Shown here: piece by piece, positions 8,695 through 16,574 of the stretch
Position numbering within the stretch: the stretch's first letter is position 1
Layout of the letters: each line of letters begins with the position of its first letter
DNA from: a virus
IMG/VR virus record: IMGVR_UViG_3300023116_000009
Location: 64,001-128,000 of that record
Direction: 5' to 3' (one strand)
DNA length: 64,000 nt
Notes under the pieces: generated by a model
What the model saw: the letters and a program-made list of their open reading frames with translations, nothing else
Database searches by the model: none
What the model was told of the DNA's origin: nothing
Made by a program: the position numbers and the translations under genes

Positions 8695-8754
8695 CCGTTC
8701 CGCGACTTACTTGCGTCTCATTCGCTATTCGCAAACAGCGAATGGGATGAACGA
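8695..8754 (-). ncRNA. glutamine-riboswitch-like element 1 (glnA/Downstream-peptide class)
   Basis: TCGTTCATCC-[11-bp hairpin]-GAGACGCAAGTAAGTCGCGGAACGG; P1 CGUUC/GAACG. Confidence 0.6.
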
Positions 8755-8797
8755 CAGGTCTAGTATAGACCACATCAACTATTTAGTCAAGTGGTCT

Positions 8798-8905
8798 TTA
8801 TTTTTTCTTCCCCCCGTTCTTAGCTTTCTTCGCAGTCGCGTTGCCCTGGTTCTGCTTCTTGTTGTTCGCAGTGCCCTTCTTGCCCTTGTTTGGTGACTTG
8901 GACAT
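8798..8905 (-). CDS. 35-aa lysine-rich peptide
   Basis: Hand translation MSKSPNKGKKGTANNKKQNQGNATAKKAKNGGKKK. Confidence 0.5.
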   Translation of the reverse strand: MSKSPNKGKKGTANNKKQNQGNATAKKAKNGGKKK

Positions 8906-9041
8906 CAGTCATCTCCTTAAAAGATATATTCAATATGTATGCAACATAATACAAAACTCCCGCCAATAATATGACGAGAGAAATGATTACAGACCAAGTT
9001 GGGTCATTAACGTCATTCAGAGGGCGAAGAAACAAGTTCAT
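8820..9041 (-). CDS. small membrane protein
   Basis: LRPLNDVNDPTWSVIISLVILL single TM helix. Confidence 0.55.
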   Translation of the reverse strand: MNLFLRPLNDVNDPTWSVIISLVILLAGVLYYVAYILNISFKEMTDVQVTKQGQEGHCEQQEAEPGQRDCEES

Positions 9042-9265
9042 GGATTCTTTGGATCAATTCCTAAACTAGTTAGGTAATCAATCCACCATTGAGGATCTTT
9101 ATTTCTTTTCCAGTTGGGAACCTCTTGACCCTTATCGAAGTAGTACTTCCAGAGTGCCTCATCGATAATCTGTGCGGTCTCCATACTCCTCTTCCTCTTC
9201 ATCAACGTCTGCATACGGATTTTCCACAAAGGGTCCTCGTTTTCGTAGAGGTTCTTGTCTGACAT
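9038..9265 (-). CDS. hypothetical protein
   Basis: IIDEALWKYY...VPNW...DPQWWIDYL; start uncertain. Confidence 0.55.
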   Translation of the reverse strand: MSDKNLYENEDPLWKIRMQTLMKRKRSMETAQIIDEALWKYYFDKGQEVPNWKRNKDPQWWIDYLTSLGIDPKNP

Positions 9266-9368
9266 AATCCGTCTCAGCATTAACAGCGTCTATCCAAACA
9301 GCAAGTTTCATCACAATAAACATAATCACAAGTGGAAGAAAACATGCAATTAAAATTAGTGATTTCAT
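9159..9368 (-). CDS. small membrane protein
   Basis: N-terminal TM helix, ENPYADVDEEEEEYG tail. Confidence 0.55.
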   Translation of the reverse strand: MKSLILIACFLPLVIMFIVMKLAVWIDAVNAETDYVRQEPLRKRGPFVENPYADVDEEEEEYGDRTDYR

Positions 9369-9526
9369 CTGTGCTTTCTGGTAAAAGGTTCCCAGTGCTC
9401 CCATTTGTATTTATGTACTGCCCACATTCCTAAGATAGGAAAGAAGACCAAAGAGAACCCCATGACGCCTAAGCACCAGGGGGTTTCCATTACCATTCTT
9501 GCTATGTGTCCTGCTTCGTGCATCAT
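9365..9526 (-). CDS. small membrane protein
   Basis: MMHEAGH...WAVHKYKWEHWEPF. Confidence 0.55.
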   Translation of the reverse strand: MMHEAGHIARMVMETPWCLGVMGFSLVFFPILGMWAVHKYKWEHWEPFTRKHR

Positions 9527-9590
9527 TGATCTGATAGAATAGAAACTAAAAAAATAAAGATACCAAACGAAAGCATAAAAACTGCGATTA

Positions 9591-9752
9591 CTACTTGCGA
9601 GAAATCCATGTTGCCCAGGGGTCAGCGTTGTGTAAACATGATTTTGGATGTTTCCAATCATTGTCTCTAAGAATCTTTAACTCAAGGTTGAGACGTTCTA
9701 CCTCAATTTTGAGCATATGATTTTCTTCTTCTAATTCTTTGATTCTGTCCAT
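9591..9752 (-). CDS. small coiled-coil protein (53 aa)
   Basis: Hand translation MDRIKELEEEN...WKHPKSCLHNADPWATW. Confidence 0.5.
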   Translation of the reverse strand: MDRIKELEEENHMLKIEVERLNLELKILRDNDWKHPKSCLHNADPWATWISRK

Positions 9753-9925
9753 AGTTTTCTAAAGTATCTATCAACATGATTTAAACAATCAAGGGGTGCT
9801 ATCTCTTCACCCAATGCCCAAACAAAGCAAAGGTCAGACATCTCTTGAGTGACATGTGGCACCCCAAATATTCTAGAAAAAGATGATAGGGCAAAATCAT
9901 ACCGCCTCTTAGTGGGCGGTTCCAT
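9731..9925 (-). CDS. hypothetical protein
   Basis: MEPPTKRRYDFALSSFSR...VDRYFRKLW. Confidence 0.5.
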   Translation of the reverse strand: MEPPTKRRYDFALSSFSRIFGVPHVTQEMSDLCFVWALGEEIAPLDCLNHVDRYFRKLWTESKN

Positions 9926-10040
9926 TTCCCTTGTACATATCGGTGTCATAGTATCCACCCTTTCTAGAACCGAAGTAAAGTGTAGTTAAAACAAAAGGCA
10001 CCGCTATGATAACTAGTGCCCGTCCCAATAAATGCTCCAT
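9909..10040 (-). CDS. small membrane protein (43 aa)
   Basis: Hand translation MEHLLGRALVIIAVPFVLTTLYFGSRKGGYYDTDMYKGNGTAH. Confidence 0.5.
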   Translation of the reverse strand: MEHLLGRALVIIAVPFVLTTLYFGSRKGGYYDTDMYKGNGTAH

Positions 10041-10301
10041 GTTTTTTTATCCTCTATATGAGAAATGACTGAAGTTAATACAAACCATTCGGATGCTGTG
10101 GAATAGACCACATGCTTCTTATCGTTTACTGTAACGATATACTTTCTCATTTAAATAAATCTTCTATTTGTTTTCTAGTGTCTGCCATCTTTTGTTTCTC
10201 ACGTTCTGAATGTTTGTATCCATGCTTCCCGTGGAAAATAAAGTGACCTTGACAGATCATAGTCATACCAAACAGGAACAGGGCGATTACCCCTGCCCAC
10301 T

Positions 10302-10526
10302 CTATAATGTGATGTTCAACCATGGCACCAGGGGAGGGATCACTCCGATAAGTCGAAGCAAACCCTCAGCAAAAAGTGCAAGAACAACCCACCCAACACA
10401 CATAGAGATAATTGAAGCATTACGATTATGTTTTCGTATGGCATCATCAATCATCTCCTGTACTCGTTCTTCTGTTAATCTTTCGGGGGGTTCTACACCT
10501 TCTCCCCAGTTTTTAAAGTTCAGCAT
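10302..10526 (-). CDS. small membrane protein
   Basis: IDDAIRKHNRNASIISMCVGWVVLALFAEGLLRL. Confidence 0.6.
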   Translation of the reverse strand: MLNFKNWGEGVEPPERLTEERVQEMIDDAIRKHNRNASIISMCVGWVVLALFAEGLLRLIGVIPPLVPWLNITL

Positions 10527-11172
10527 TAGCAGCGTCCCAATCTTTTTGGAATAGTTCTAGACCCTTATCAGTAAGAATATGATCATACATCTTCCAGAAA
10601 ACTTGAGGAGGCATGGTTACTACAGCAGCACCGTTATACCAGGAGCGAACTGCCCTATGTACTTCACGAATAGACGCTGCAAGAACCTTTGTCTTAACGC
10701 CGTGAACGCGATAAACTTCGGAGATAGAACGAACTACCTCAAGACCTGCAATTGAGTTGTCATCAAGACGACCAACAAAGGGAGAAACATATGTTGCTCC
10801 TGCCTTTGCAGCAAGGATTGCTTGAGCAGCATTAAAGATCAAAGTAATATTGGTATTAATACCTTTACTATTAAGAACTTTGCACGCTTTCAATCCTTCA
10901 ACTGTACACGGAAGTTTGATAGTAATTGCAGGACTACCAAGAGCAATAAACTGCTCTGCTTGACTGAGCATTTCCTCAGCAGTATCACCCACAACCTCAG
11001 TAGAAATACTTTCAAAGTTTGGGAACTCATCCACAAGTTGCTTAGCAACTGCTTGAAGAGTTCTTCCACTACGAAGAATCAATGTAGGGTTGGTAGTAAC
11101 ACCATCAATCAAACCAGTTTTGTTTGCTTCACGGATCTCATTGAGATCAGCAGTATCAAGATAAATTTTCAT
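10513..11172 (-). CDS. talC: transaldolase family protein TalC
   Basis: MKIYLDTAD, GVTTNPTL, IKLP Schiff-base Lys, YVSPFVGRLDD, LAASIR. Confidence 0.95.
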   Translation of the reverse strand: MKIYLDTADLNEIREANKTGLIDGVTTNPTLILRSGRTLQAVAKQLVDEFPNFESISTEVVGDTAEEMLSQAEQFIALGSPAITIKLPCTVEGLKACKVLNSKGINTNITLIFNAAQAILAAKAGATYVSPFVGRLDDNSIAGLEVVRSISEVYRVHGVKTKVLAASIREVHRAVRSWYNGAAVVTMPPQVFWKMYDHILTDKGLELFQKDWDAANAEL

Positions 11173-11192
11173 CAGGTTGTGAGTGTATGTTT

Positions 11193-11312
11193 TCATGGAT
11201 TGTGATTTCTAGAATCTTTAATTTTATTAAATGCCCAGACGCCAAGTGCGCCTGCTCCTAATCCGACAATGCAACAAACGATCATGTGAATAAAATGGGT
11301 AGTGTGGTTCAT
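11193..11312 (-). CDS. 39-aa membrane peptide
   Basis: Hand translation MNHTTHFIHMIVCCIVGLGAGALGVWAFNKIKDSRNHNP. Confidence 0.45.
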   Translation of the reverse strand: MNHTTHFIHMIVCCIVGLGAGALGVWAFNKIKDSRNHNP

Positions 11313-11414
11313 CCAAAATACATTACAGAAAGTGTGAAGATCACAAAAATCATGACAGTAAAGATCATCAGTCCTAGACCTGCCCAGGCAACCCAGTCAG
11401 GCATATGTTCGTGT

Positions 11415-11738
11415 TTATGAGACATGAACGGTTCCGATCATACCTGCTCCTTTGTGGGGGGCACACCAATAAGTATAGTCCCCTGGTTCAGGAAATGCAA
11501 CCTCAAAGTTTTCGCCTGGTAACATTGCGAGACCTTCGTGTGACCACTCAGGATGATTCTCAACAATCACATTATGAGGAGGAAGCATGTTGTTAATAAA
11601 GTGTACTGATTCTCCAGCAGCGATACTAACCTCTGCTGGTTCAAATACTAATTGCCCATTGGCACCCATTTGAACATCTACTGCCCAAGCAGGAAGAGCA
11701 AAGAATAAAACTGCGAAAAGAGAAAGAATAAATCGCAT
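11415..11738 (-). CDS. petE: plastocyanin
   Basis: Signal peptide; PHNV and YWCAPHKGAGM copper ligands. Confidence 0.95.
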   Translation of the reverse strand: MRFILSLFAVLFFALPAWAVDVQMGANGQLVFEPAEVSIAAGESVHFINNMLPPHNVIVENHPEWSHEGLAMLPGENFEVAFPEPGDYTYWCAPHKGAGMIGTVHVS

Positions 11739-11804
11739 TAGGTATTTGCAACTACTCTATCTATTTTTCAAAGACCAATTGTTACAAAGAAATGTCAGCG
11801 ATTA

Positions 11805-12020
11805 CTAATCTTTTGGGTGATCGTTCTCAAGATCATTCAATCTCTTTGCCCACGTATCACCAAGTTCAGATCCTCTACAAGGATTGATACATCTGTCATC
11901 TCCAAACTTATTGCAGACAAGACCAGCAAGGTCATGTTCATTTCCAGGTTTTCCAGTTGCCCAGAAATGCTGATCATCTACCCACTTTGCTTCACATTTT
12001 GGACAGATACGAATGTTCAT
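11805..12020 (-). CDS. Cys-rich hypothetical protein
   Basis: CPKC...DLAGLVCN...CINPC. Confidence 0.6.
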   Translation of the reverse strand: MNIRICPKCEAKWVDDQHFWATGKPGNEHDLAGLVCNKFGDDRCINPCRGSELGDTWAKRLNDLENDHPKD

Positions 12021-12079
12021 GTTGTTACTTAAAAAGGGGTCTAAAAATTATTTAGATTTTTAACCATTGCTTAAGCATT

Positions 12080-12104
12080 AAAAAAGAGGGTCATTTGACC
12101 CTCT
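12080..12104 (-). terminator. intrinsic terminator downstream of psbA
   Basis: GAGGGTCA-aa-TGACCCTC followed by a T run. Confidence 0.75.
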
Positions 12105-12208
12105 CATTTTTAGTATTCAATTTTGATGGAGGTTTCCAATCTTTGGGTGGACGGTACAAGTTGGGGAAAGTATCTTGGATAATCTCCGCCAACTTGTAGT
12201 TATCCGTA

Positions 12209-13291
12209 TCAACCAACGGCAGGTGCCTTGAGGGCGACGGGAGTTGCTTCGACACTTGCAAGATCCAGAGGGAAGTTGTGTGCATTACGCTCGTGCATTA
12301 CCTCAAAACCGAGGTTAGCACGGTTGAGAATGTCTGCCCAAGTGTTGATGACACGCCCTTCGTTGTCAAGGAGTGACTGGTTAAAGTTAAACCCGTTGAG
12401 GTTAAATGCCATCGTGGAGACACCCAGTGCCGCGAACCAAATTCCCACGACAGGCCATGCTGCGAGGAAGAAGTGTAGCGAGCGAGAATTGTTGAAGGAT
12501 GCATACTGGAAGATCAGACGACCGAAGTAACCGTGGGCAGCGACGATGTTATACGTCTCTTCTTCTTGACCAAACTTGTAACCATAGTTCTGGGACTCAG
12601 TTTCAGTGGTTTCACGAACCAGCGAAGAAGTAACCAGAGAACCGTGCATTGCACTAAACAGAGAACCACCAAAGACACCAGCAACTCCAAGCATGTGGAA
12701 GGGGTGCATCAGGATGTTGTGCTCTGCTTGGAAGACAAGCATGTAGTTAAAAGTACCAGAGATGCCAAGAGGCATTGCGTCAGAGAAAGAACCTTGACCG
12801 AAAGGATAGACCAGGAATACAGCAGATGCAGCAGCAACAGGTGCAGAGTATGCAACGCAGATCCAAGGACGCATACCCAGGCGGTAGGACAGTTCCCACT
12901 CACGTCCCATGTAGGCATAGATGCCGATCAGGAAGTGGAAGACAACCAGTTGGAAAGGACCACCATTGTAGAGCCACTCATCCAGAGATGCCGCTTCCCA
13001 GATGGGATAGAAGTGAAGACCAATAGCATTGGAACTGGGGACAACAGCACCAGAGATGATGTTGTTTCCATACATGAGTGAACCAGCAACGGGTTCACGG
13101 ATACCATCAATGTCCACAGGAGGAGCACCGATGAAAGCGATGATGAAACAAGTTGTAGCAGCAAGCAGGCAAGGAATCATCAGGACTCCAAACCAACCAA
13201 CGTAAAGACGATTGTCAGTGCTGGTAACCCAGTTGCAAAACTGTTCCCAAGTGTTATTCGATTGTTGTTGACGTGAAAGAGTAGCAGTCAT
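12209..13291 (-). CDS. psbA: photosystem II D1 protein
   Basis: Full-length 360-aa D1 sequence; no intron. Confidence 0.99.
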   Translation of the reverse strand: MTATLSRQQQSNNTWEQFCNWVTSTDNRLYVGWFGVLMIPCLLAATTCFIIAFIGAPPVDIDGIREPVAGSLMYGNNIISGAVVPSSNAIGLHFYPIWEAASLDEWLYNGGPFQLVVFHFLIGIYAYMGREWELSYRLGMRPWICVAYSAPVAAASAVFLVYPFGQGSFSDAMPLGISGTFNYMLVFQAEHNILMHPFHMLGVAGVFGGSLFSAMHGSLVTSSLVRETTETESQNYGYKFGQEEETYNIVAAHGYFGRLIFQYASFNNSRSLHFFLAAWPVVGIWFAALGVSTMAFNLNGFNFNQSLLDNEGRVINTWADILNRANLGFEVMHERNAHNFPLDLASVEATPVALKAPAVG

Positions 13292-13294
13292 TGT

Positions 13295-13405
13295 TTTAAA
13301 AAAAAGTAAGTAAGTCCATCAGGGAAATGGTGGAGGTACTTATTTCTCTGTCACCCTCAGACAGAGATATGAGAGGCATCTTTTACTTGTGTAGCCTCGG
13401 TAAGG
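13295..13405 (-). ncRNA. PhotoRC-II-like structured psbA leader
   Basis: TCTCTGTC-tgagggt-GACAGAGA hairpin and CCATttccctgATGG hairpin directly 5' of psbA; family assigned from memory. Confidence 0.55.
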
Positions 13406-13475
13406 TGGTTAGACCCTTTGCCACAAGTTTGTTACAACATCTTAAAGAATCGTTACATTCCTTAACGTGTTGATG

Positions 13476-13509
13476 TATTTATAATACTACGGATTTCCGT
13501 GCCTGTCAA
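13476..13509 (-). promoter_or_regulatory. overlapping sigma70 and late promoter for psbA
   Basis: TTGACA-N17-TATTAT running into TATAAATA. Confidence 0.7.
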
Positions 13510-13694
13510 GTCCCAGAGACAGTTCCAGAAGTGTCCTCGTTGTACCAGAAGTCATCCCAATCCTCATCTGTCGCTTCATAGATGGGGCATGGTTCTTCCA
13601 TTAAGAGATCGTTCTTTGCCTTTGCAACACGTTCTCTCAGTTTTCTGTAGTCATCTTCATCCATGAGGTTGTCAATGAAATCAAGATCTTTCAT
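13506..13694 (-). CDS. acidic hypothetical protein
   Basis: DLLMEEPCPIYE...DWDDFW. Confidence 0.55.
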   Translation of the reverse strand: MKDLDFIDNLMDEDDYRKLRERVAKAKNDLLMEEPCPIYEATDEDWDDFWYNEDTSGTVSGT

Positions 13695-13826
13695 TCTCGA
13701 TACTCCTGAAGAATTTCAAGTACTTTACCCAGTGCATAGTGAGCACCATCATGCCAATCTCCATTCTTGTCTTCATGTTGTCCATTGAAGAGTGCTGTTT
13801 TTAACTTATACACTCTTGGTTCAATG

Positions 13827-14063
13827 TCAATCTTTCTCATGTGATTTCTTGGCATTGATCTCCTTTAATAACTGATTGGTTTCACTAAGCAATTGCTTCT
13901 TAAGTTTACGACCCATTCTCCACATAATAAATCTAATGTACGCATATTTAATTTGAAGTTCCAGGTAAACAAAAACTCTCATTGTTCCCTCGAACCCTGC
14001 ATATGCAATCATCATCATTAATATAATGATGAGTACATAAAACTCAATTAAGAATGATGTCAT
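13827..14063 (-). CDS. small membrane protein
   Basis: TM helix plus YAGFEGTMRVF; preceded by TTGACA-N16-TATAAT at 14084-14111. Confidence 0.55.
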   Translation of the reverse strand: MTSFLIEFYVLIIILMMMIAYAGFEGTMRVFVYLELQIKYAYIRFIMWRMGRKLKKQLLSETNQLLKEINAKKSHEKD

Positions 14064-14112
14064 AAACTTAGAGCGTAGTACTAATTATACAAGCAGTATC
14101 AAAGTTGTCAAC

Positions 14113-14340
14113 TCAAAGTTCGTGTCTCCTAACAGAACCTTTAATTTCATTCTCTTTGATAAATGCCTTTGCTGCTCGTTGGGTATCGAACATTTTTGCG
14201 AATCTAGGATCAAGATTCCATTTGTGGGCGGACATCAAGTACTCAGTCCTACCATCATTTTTTCTTGTGACTCTCCACAAGATGTTATTCTCTGCATCAG
14301 TTGCCATAGTAATTAATAATTCGGTAGAATTATTTATCAA
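14113..14340 (-). CDS. hypothetical protein
   Basis: ORF track; chained with neighbouring ORFs. Confidence 0.5.
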   Translation of the reverse strand: MINNSTELLITMATDAENNILWRVTRKNDGRTEYLMSAHKWNLDPRFAKMFDTQRAAKAFIKENEIKGSVRRHEL

Positions 14341-14507
14341 TAACTAGCATCCTGATAATCTTCTTCGGTAAAACATGGTTGGACTTCCCATCGATCCCAG
14401 TCAACATCCCTGGCAGCAATCATGTTTTCCATCTCTTCTACAGTCAAACTGTGCTTAACTACTTTGTTAGTTTCCTTAGTGTAGATATGAAACAGTTGAG
14501 TAATCAT
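14337..14507 (-). CDS. hypothetical protein
   Basis: MITQLFHIY...WEVQPCF...DASY. Confidence 0.5.
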   Translation of the reverse strand: MITQLFHIYTKETNKVVKHSLTVEEMENMIAARDVDWDRWEVQPCFTEEDYQDASY

Positions 14508-14834
14508 AGACCTCTTTGTAAACAATAAAAAAGGGACCGTTCTGTTATTTGGCAGAGGTCCCTTTGGCATAGCGCCGACGATATTCAGTTTTATTTATAA
14601 GGTGGCGGATTAGGGTATGACTGGGGCAAGGATCGCCCAACTGAAAAGAGAAGTTACTGTTCCTAAAAGAAGTGTAGTCGTGGTGAAGTTCATAGATCTT
14701 CCATCAGAGTACATATTATATATCAGTTTTGTATCATAGTGATACAATTTGGTATCATTCGTCACCAGGTTTTGTCAGGAAAGCAGCACCTGCAAATGTT
14801 CCCAAAAGAATTGCTGCAACTGCTATCAATTCCA

Positions 14835-14954
14835 TCACCATACTCCAGGAATGACTTGACCAGTAGTGAAGTAAGCACCAATAGCAGCAACAAAACCAAT
14901 CATTGCCAGACGTGCGTTGAGGATCTCTGCCTCAGGGGTAAACAGTTTTTTCAT
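14835..14954 (-). CDS. hli: high-light inducible protein (39 aa)
   Basis: Hand translation MKKLFTPEAEILNARLAMIGFVAAIGAYFTTGQVIPGVW; ExxNxRLAM and TGQxIPG motifs. Confidence 0.9.
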   Translation of the reverse strand: MKKLFTPEAEILNARLAMIGFVAAIGAYFTTGQVIPGVW

Positions 14955-15100
14955 TGTTGTTCCTCCAAAGTTTTGTTTTTGATGATGACCCTGCCATTTT
15001 CATGAGTGAACACTAGTTCATCATCATGTGCCCAGCAGAGTTCTTCGTAAAGGGCATTGAGTTTCTCCATGTCTTCATAGAGAGCATTGGGATTAGGCAT
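14951..15100 (-). CDS. conserved 49-aa cyanophage protein
   Basis: Hand translation MPNPNALYEDMEKLNALYEELCWAHDDELVFTHENGRV. Confidence 0.55.
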   Translation of the reverse strand: MPNPNALYEDMEKLNALYEELCWAHDDELVFTHENGRVIIKNKTLEEQQ

Positions 15101-15380
15101 ATTGTTCTACTAAAGTTCTAATGTTCTGTGTGATTTGCATTCCACCAACCTTCTCTTCCAGTTTTACACCGTCAGCATCAGTAATAATAAGAACAGGTGT
15201 AGCAGTTACACCATACTTCTTAGCGAGATCTAGATTCTCTTGTGGAATAGGTACATCACTAAAATCTTCAAGGTCAATCTTTTCAATCATACTGGTATCA
15301 ACTTTAATTGATTTAAAGTATTTGTCTACCAGGGCACAGGGACCACAAGAAGTTTTAGAGAACAAATAAAACTTATTCAT
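15093..15380 (-). CDS. thioredoxin/glutaredoxin-fold protein
   Basis: CGPC motif and YGVTATPVL cis-Pro loop. Confidence 0.8.
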   Translation of the reverse strand: MNKFYLFSKTSCGPCALVDKYFKSIKVDTSMIEKIDLEDFSDVPIPQENLDLAKKYGVTATPVLIITDADGVKLEEKVGGMQITQNIRTLVEQYA

Positions 15381-15582
15381 TTGGTTTACTTGGTTCAAAC
15401 GGTGTACGACTGTTATTCTTAATTACAATGAAGGCATCCTTGTTGTATTTACGGGTCCCTTTGGTGGGTGCCCACTTACTACCGTCACCTTCAATACCAT
15501 AAACTGAAGTACCTGCAATTTGAATTACAATATCGTCCTTGGGATCCCATCCCAAGGTATCAAACGCTTCGTAAATGTTCAA
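15373..15582 (-). CDS. hypothetical protein
   Basis: [21 protein letters not shown]. Confidence 0.55.
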   Translation of the reverse strand: MNIYEAFDTLGWDPKDDIVIQIAGTSVYGIEGDGSKWAPTKGTRKYNKDAFIVIKNNSRTPFEPSKPNE

Positions 15583-15869
15583 AGATTTTCCTCTTGTTCA
15601 CTCAGAATAACACAATCACTAGTGGGGTATGCAACACAGGTCAAGATAAACCCATCTGCAATTTGATCATCATCAAGGAAGGATTGCTCATCATTATCTA
15701 CGGTGCCAGAGAGGAGTTTTCCTGCACAAGCTGAGCAAGCACCTGCTTTACACGACGAAGGGAGGTCAACACCTGCCTCTTCTGCTGCCTCAAGAATGTA
15801 CTGATCATCAGCACACTCAAAGGTAGTTTCAGTGCCATCGGGGGTTTGGATAGTAACGTTGAATGCCAT
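15579..15869 (-). CDS. petF: plant-type [2Fe-2S] ferredoxin
   Basis: [13 protein letters not shown]...LTCVAYP. Confidence 0.95.
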   Translation of the reverse strand: MAFNVTIQTPDGTETTFECADDQYILEAAEEAGVDLPSSCKAGACSACAGKLLSGTVDNDEQSFLDDDQIADGFILTCVAYPTSDCVILSEQEENL

Positions 15870-15969
15870 TAGTAAGTTTCGCAAAGTTTTTCTACGGATG
15901 CTGCCAGGAGGACGAACCAGGCAACGGAAGTAATTATACCTACTAGTTCTGCCATTGTCAAATCCTTTG

Positions 15970-16173
15970 TCAGAAAATGCCAAAAAAGAGTTTGCCCGTG
16001 GCAGCGTAGGAGATGGCACCGAAGATGATTCCCATCATCGCCCAACGTCCATTGTAATTTTCAACACGCTCCATAGGAGTCATGAGACCTTTGCGATGAT
16101 ATGATTCAACTACCATCTGTGGTTCTTTCGCCCACATGTTTTGTTGACCACGATCATTAGTTGTTACTGTCAT
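15970..16173 (-). CDS. hli: high-light inducible protein
   Basis: [11 protein letters not shown] and TGKLFFGIF; NMWAKEP N-terminus. Confidence 0.9.
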   Translation of the reverse strand: MTVTTNDRGQQNMWAKEPQMVVESYHRKGLMTPMERVENYNGRWAMMGIIFGAISYAATGKLFFGIF

Positions 16174-16196
16174 TTGTAAAGAATTGTTACTAACCA

Positions 16197-16225
16197 AGTA
16201 TATAGGAAATATTAAGGAATGTCAA
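16197..16225 (-). promoter_or_regulatory. sigma70 promoter for the hli/petF run
   Basis: TTGACA-N17-TATACT. Confidence 0.7.
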
Positions 16226-16524
16226 CCCTTGAATTTTAGGACATCCTCATAAAGGACTTCAGGATTGTATCCTTGATCACAAAGATCCACATGACGGTGA
16301 CCCATCATCAACATTTTAAATTCTACCCAGCGATCCATATTGTTCTTATGGTAGTCAATCCACTCTTGAGCAGATGCCAGGATCTCCTCGTAGCACTGCC
16401 TGGGGTCTGTCTTAGTGTCATCGTTCAGATACTCAGCAATGGCATCGTCAAGGCGATCACGACGCTGCTTGCGAAACTGTGCTTCCCAGTCAACTTGGAG
16501 GTCTGGGCGTCCTTCAATAGTCAT
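16222..16524 (-). CDS. hypothetical protein
   Basis: ORF track, 100 aa. Confidence 0.55.
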   Translation of the reverse strand: MTIEGRPDLQVDWEAQFRKQRRDRLDDAIAEYLNDDTKTDPRQCYEEILASAQEWIDYHKNNMDRWVEFKMLMMGHRHVDLCDQGYNPEVLYEDVLKFKG

Positions 16525-16533
16525 GAGTCAAAT

Positions 16534-16566
16534 AAAAAAAGACCCCTGCATCGTAGCAGAGGTCTT
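16534..16566 (-). terminator. intrinsic terminator
   Basis: AAGACC...GGGTC hairpin followed by T7. Confidence 0.65.
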
Positions 16567-16574
16567 GGGGTCTG

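Noticed and set aside
12228-13081. Plus-strand ORFs opposite psbA
   Set aside because: Codon-bias shadows of D1
14729-14747. Canonical NtcA box
   Set aside because: Spacing is GTA-N9-TAC, not N8; kept only as an unassigned palindrome
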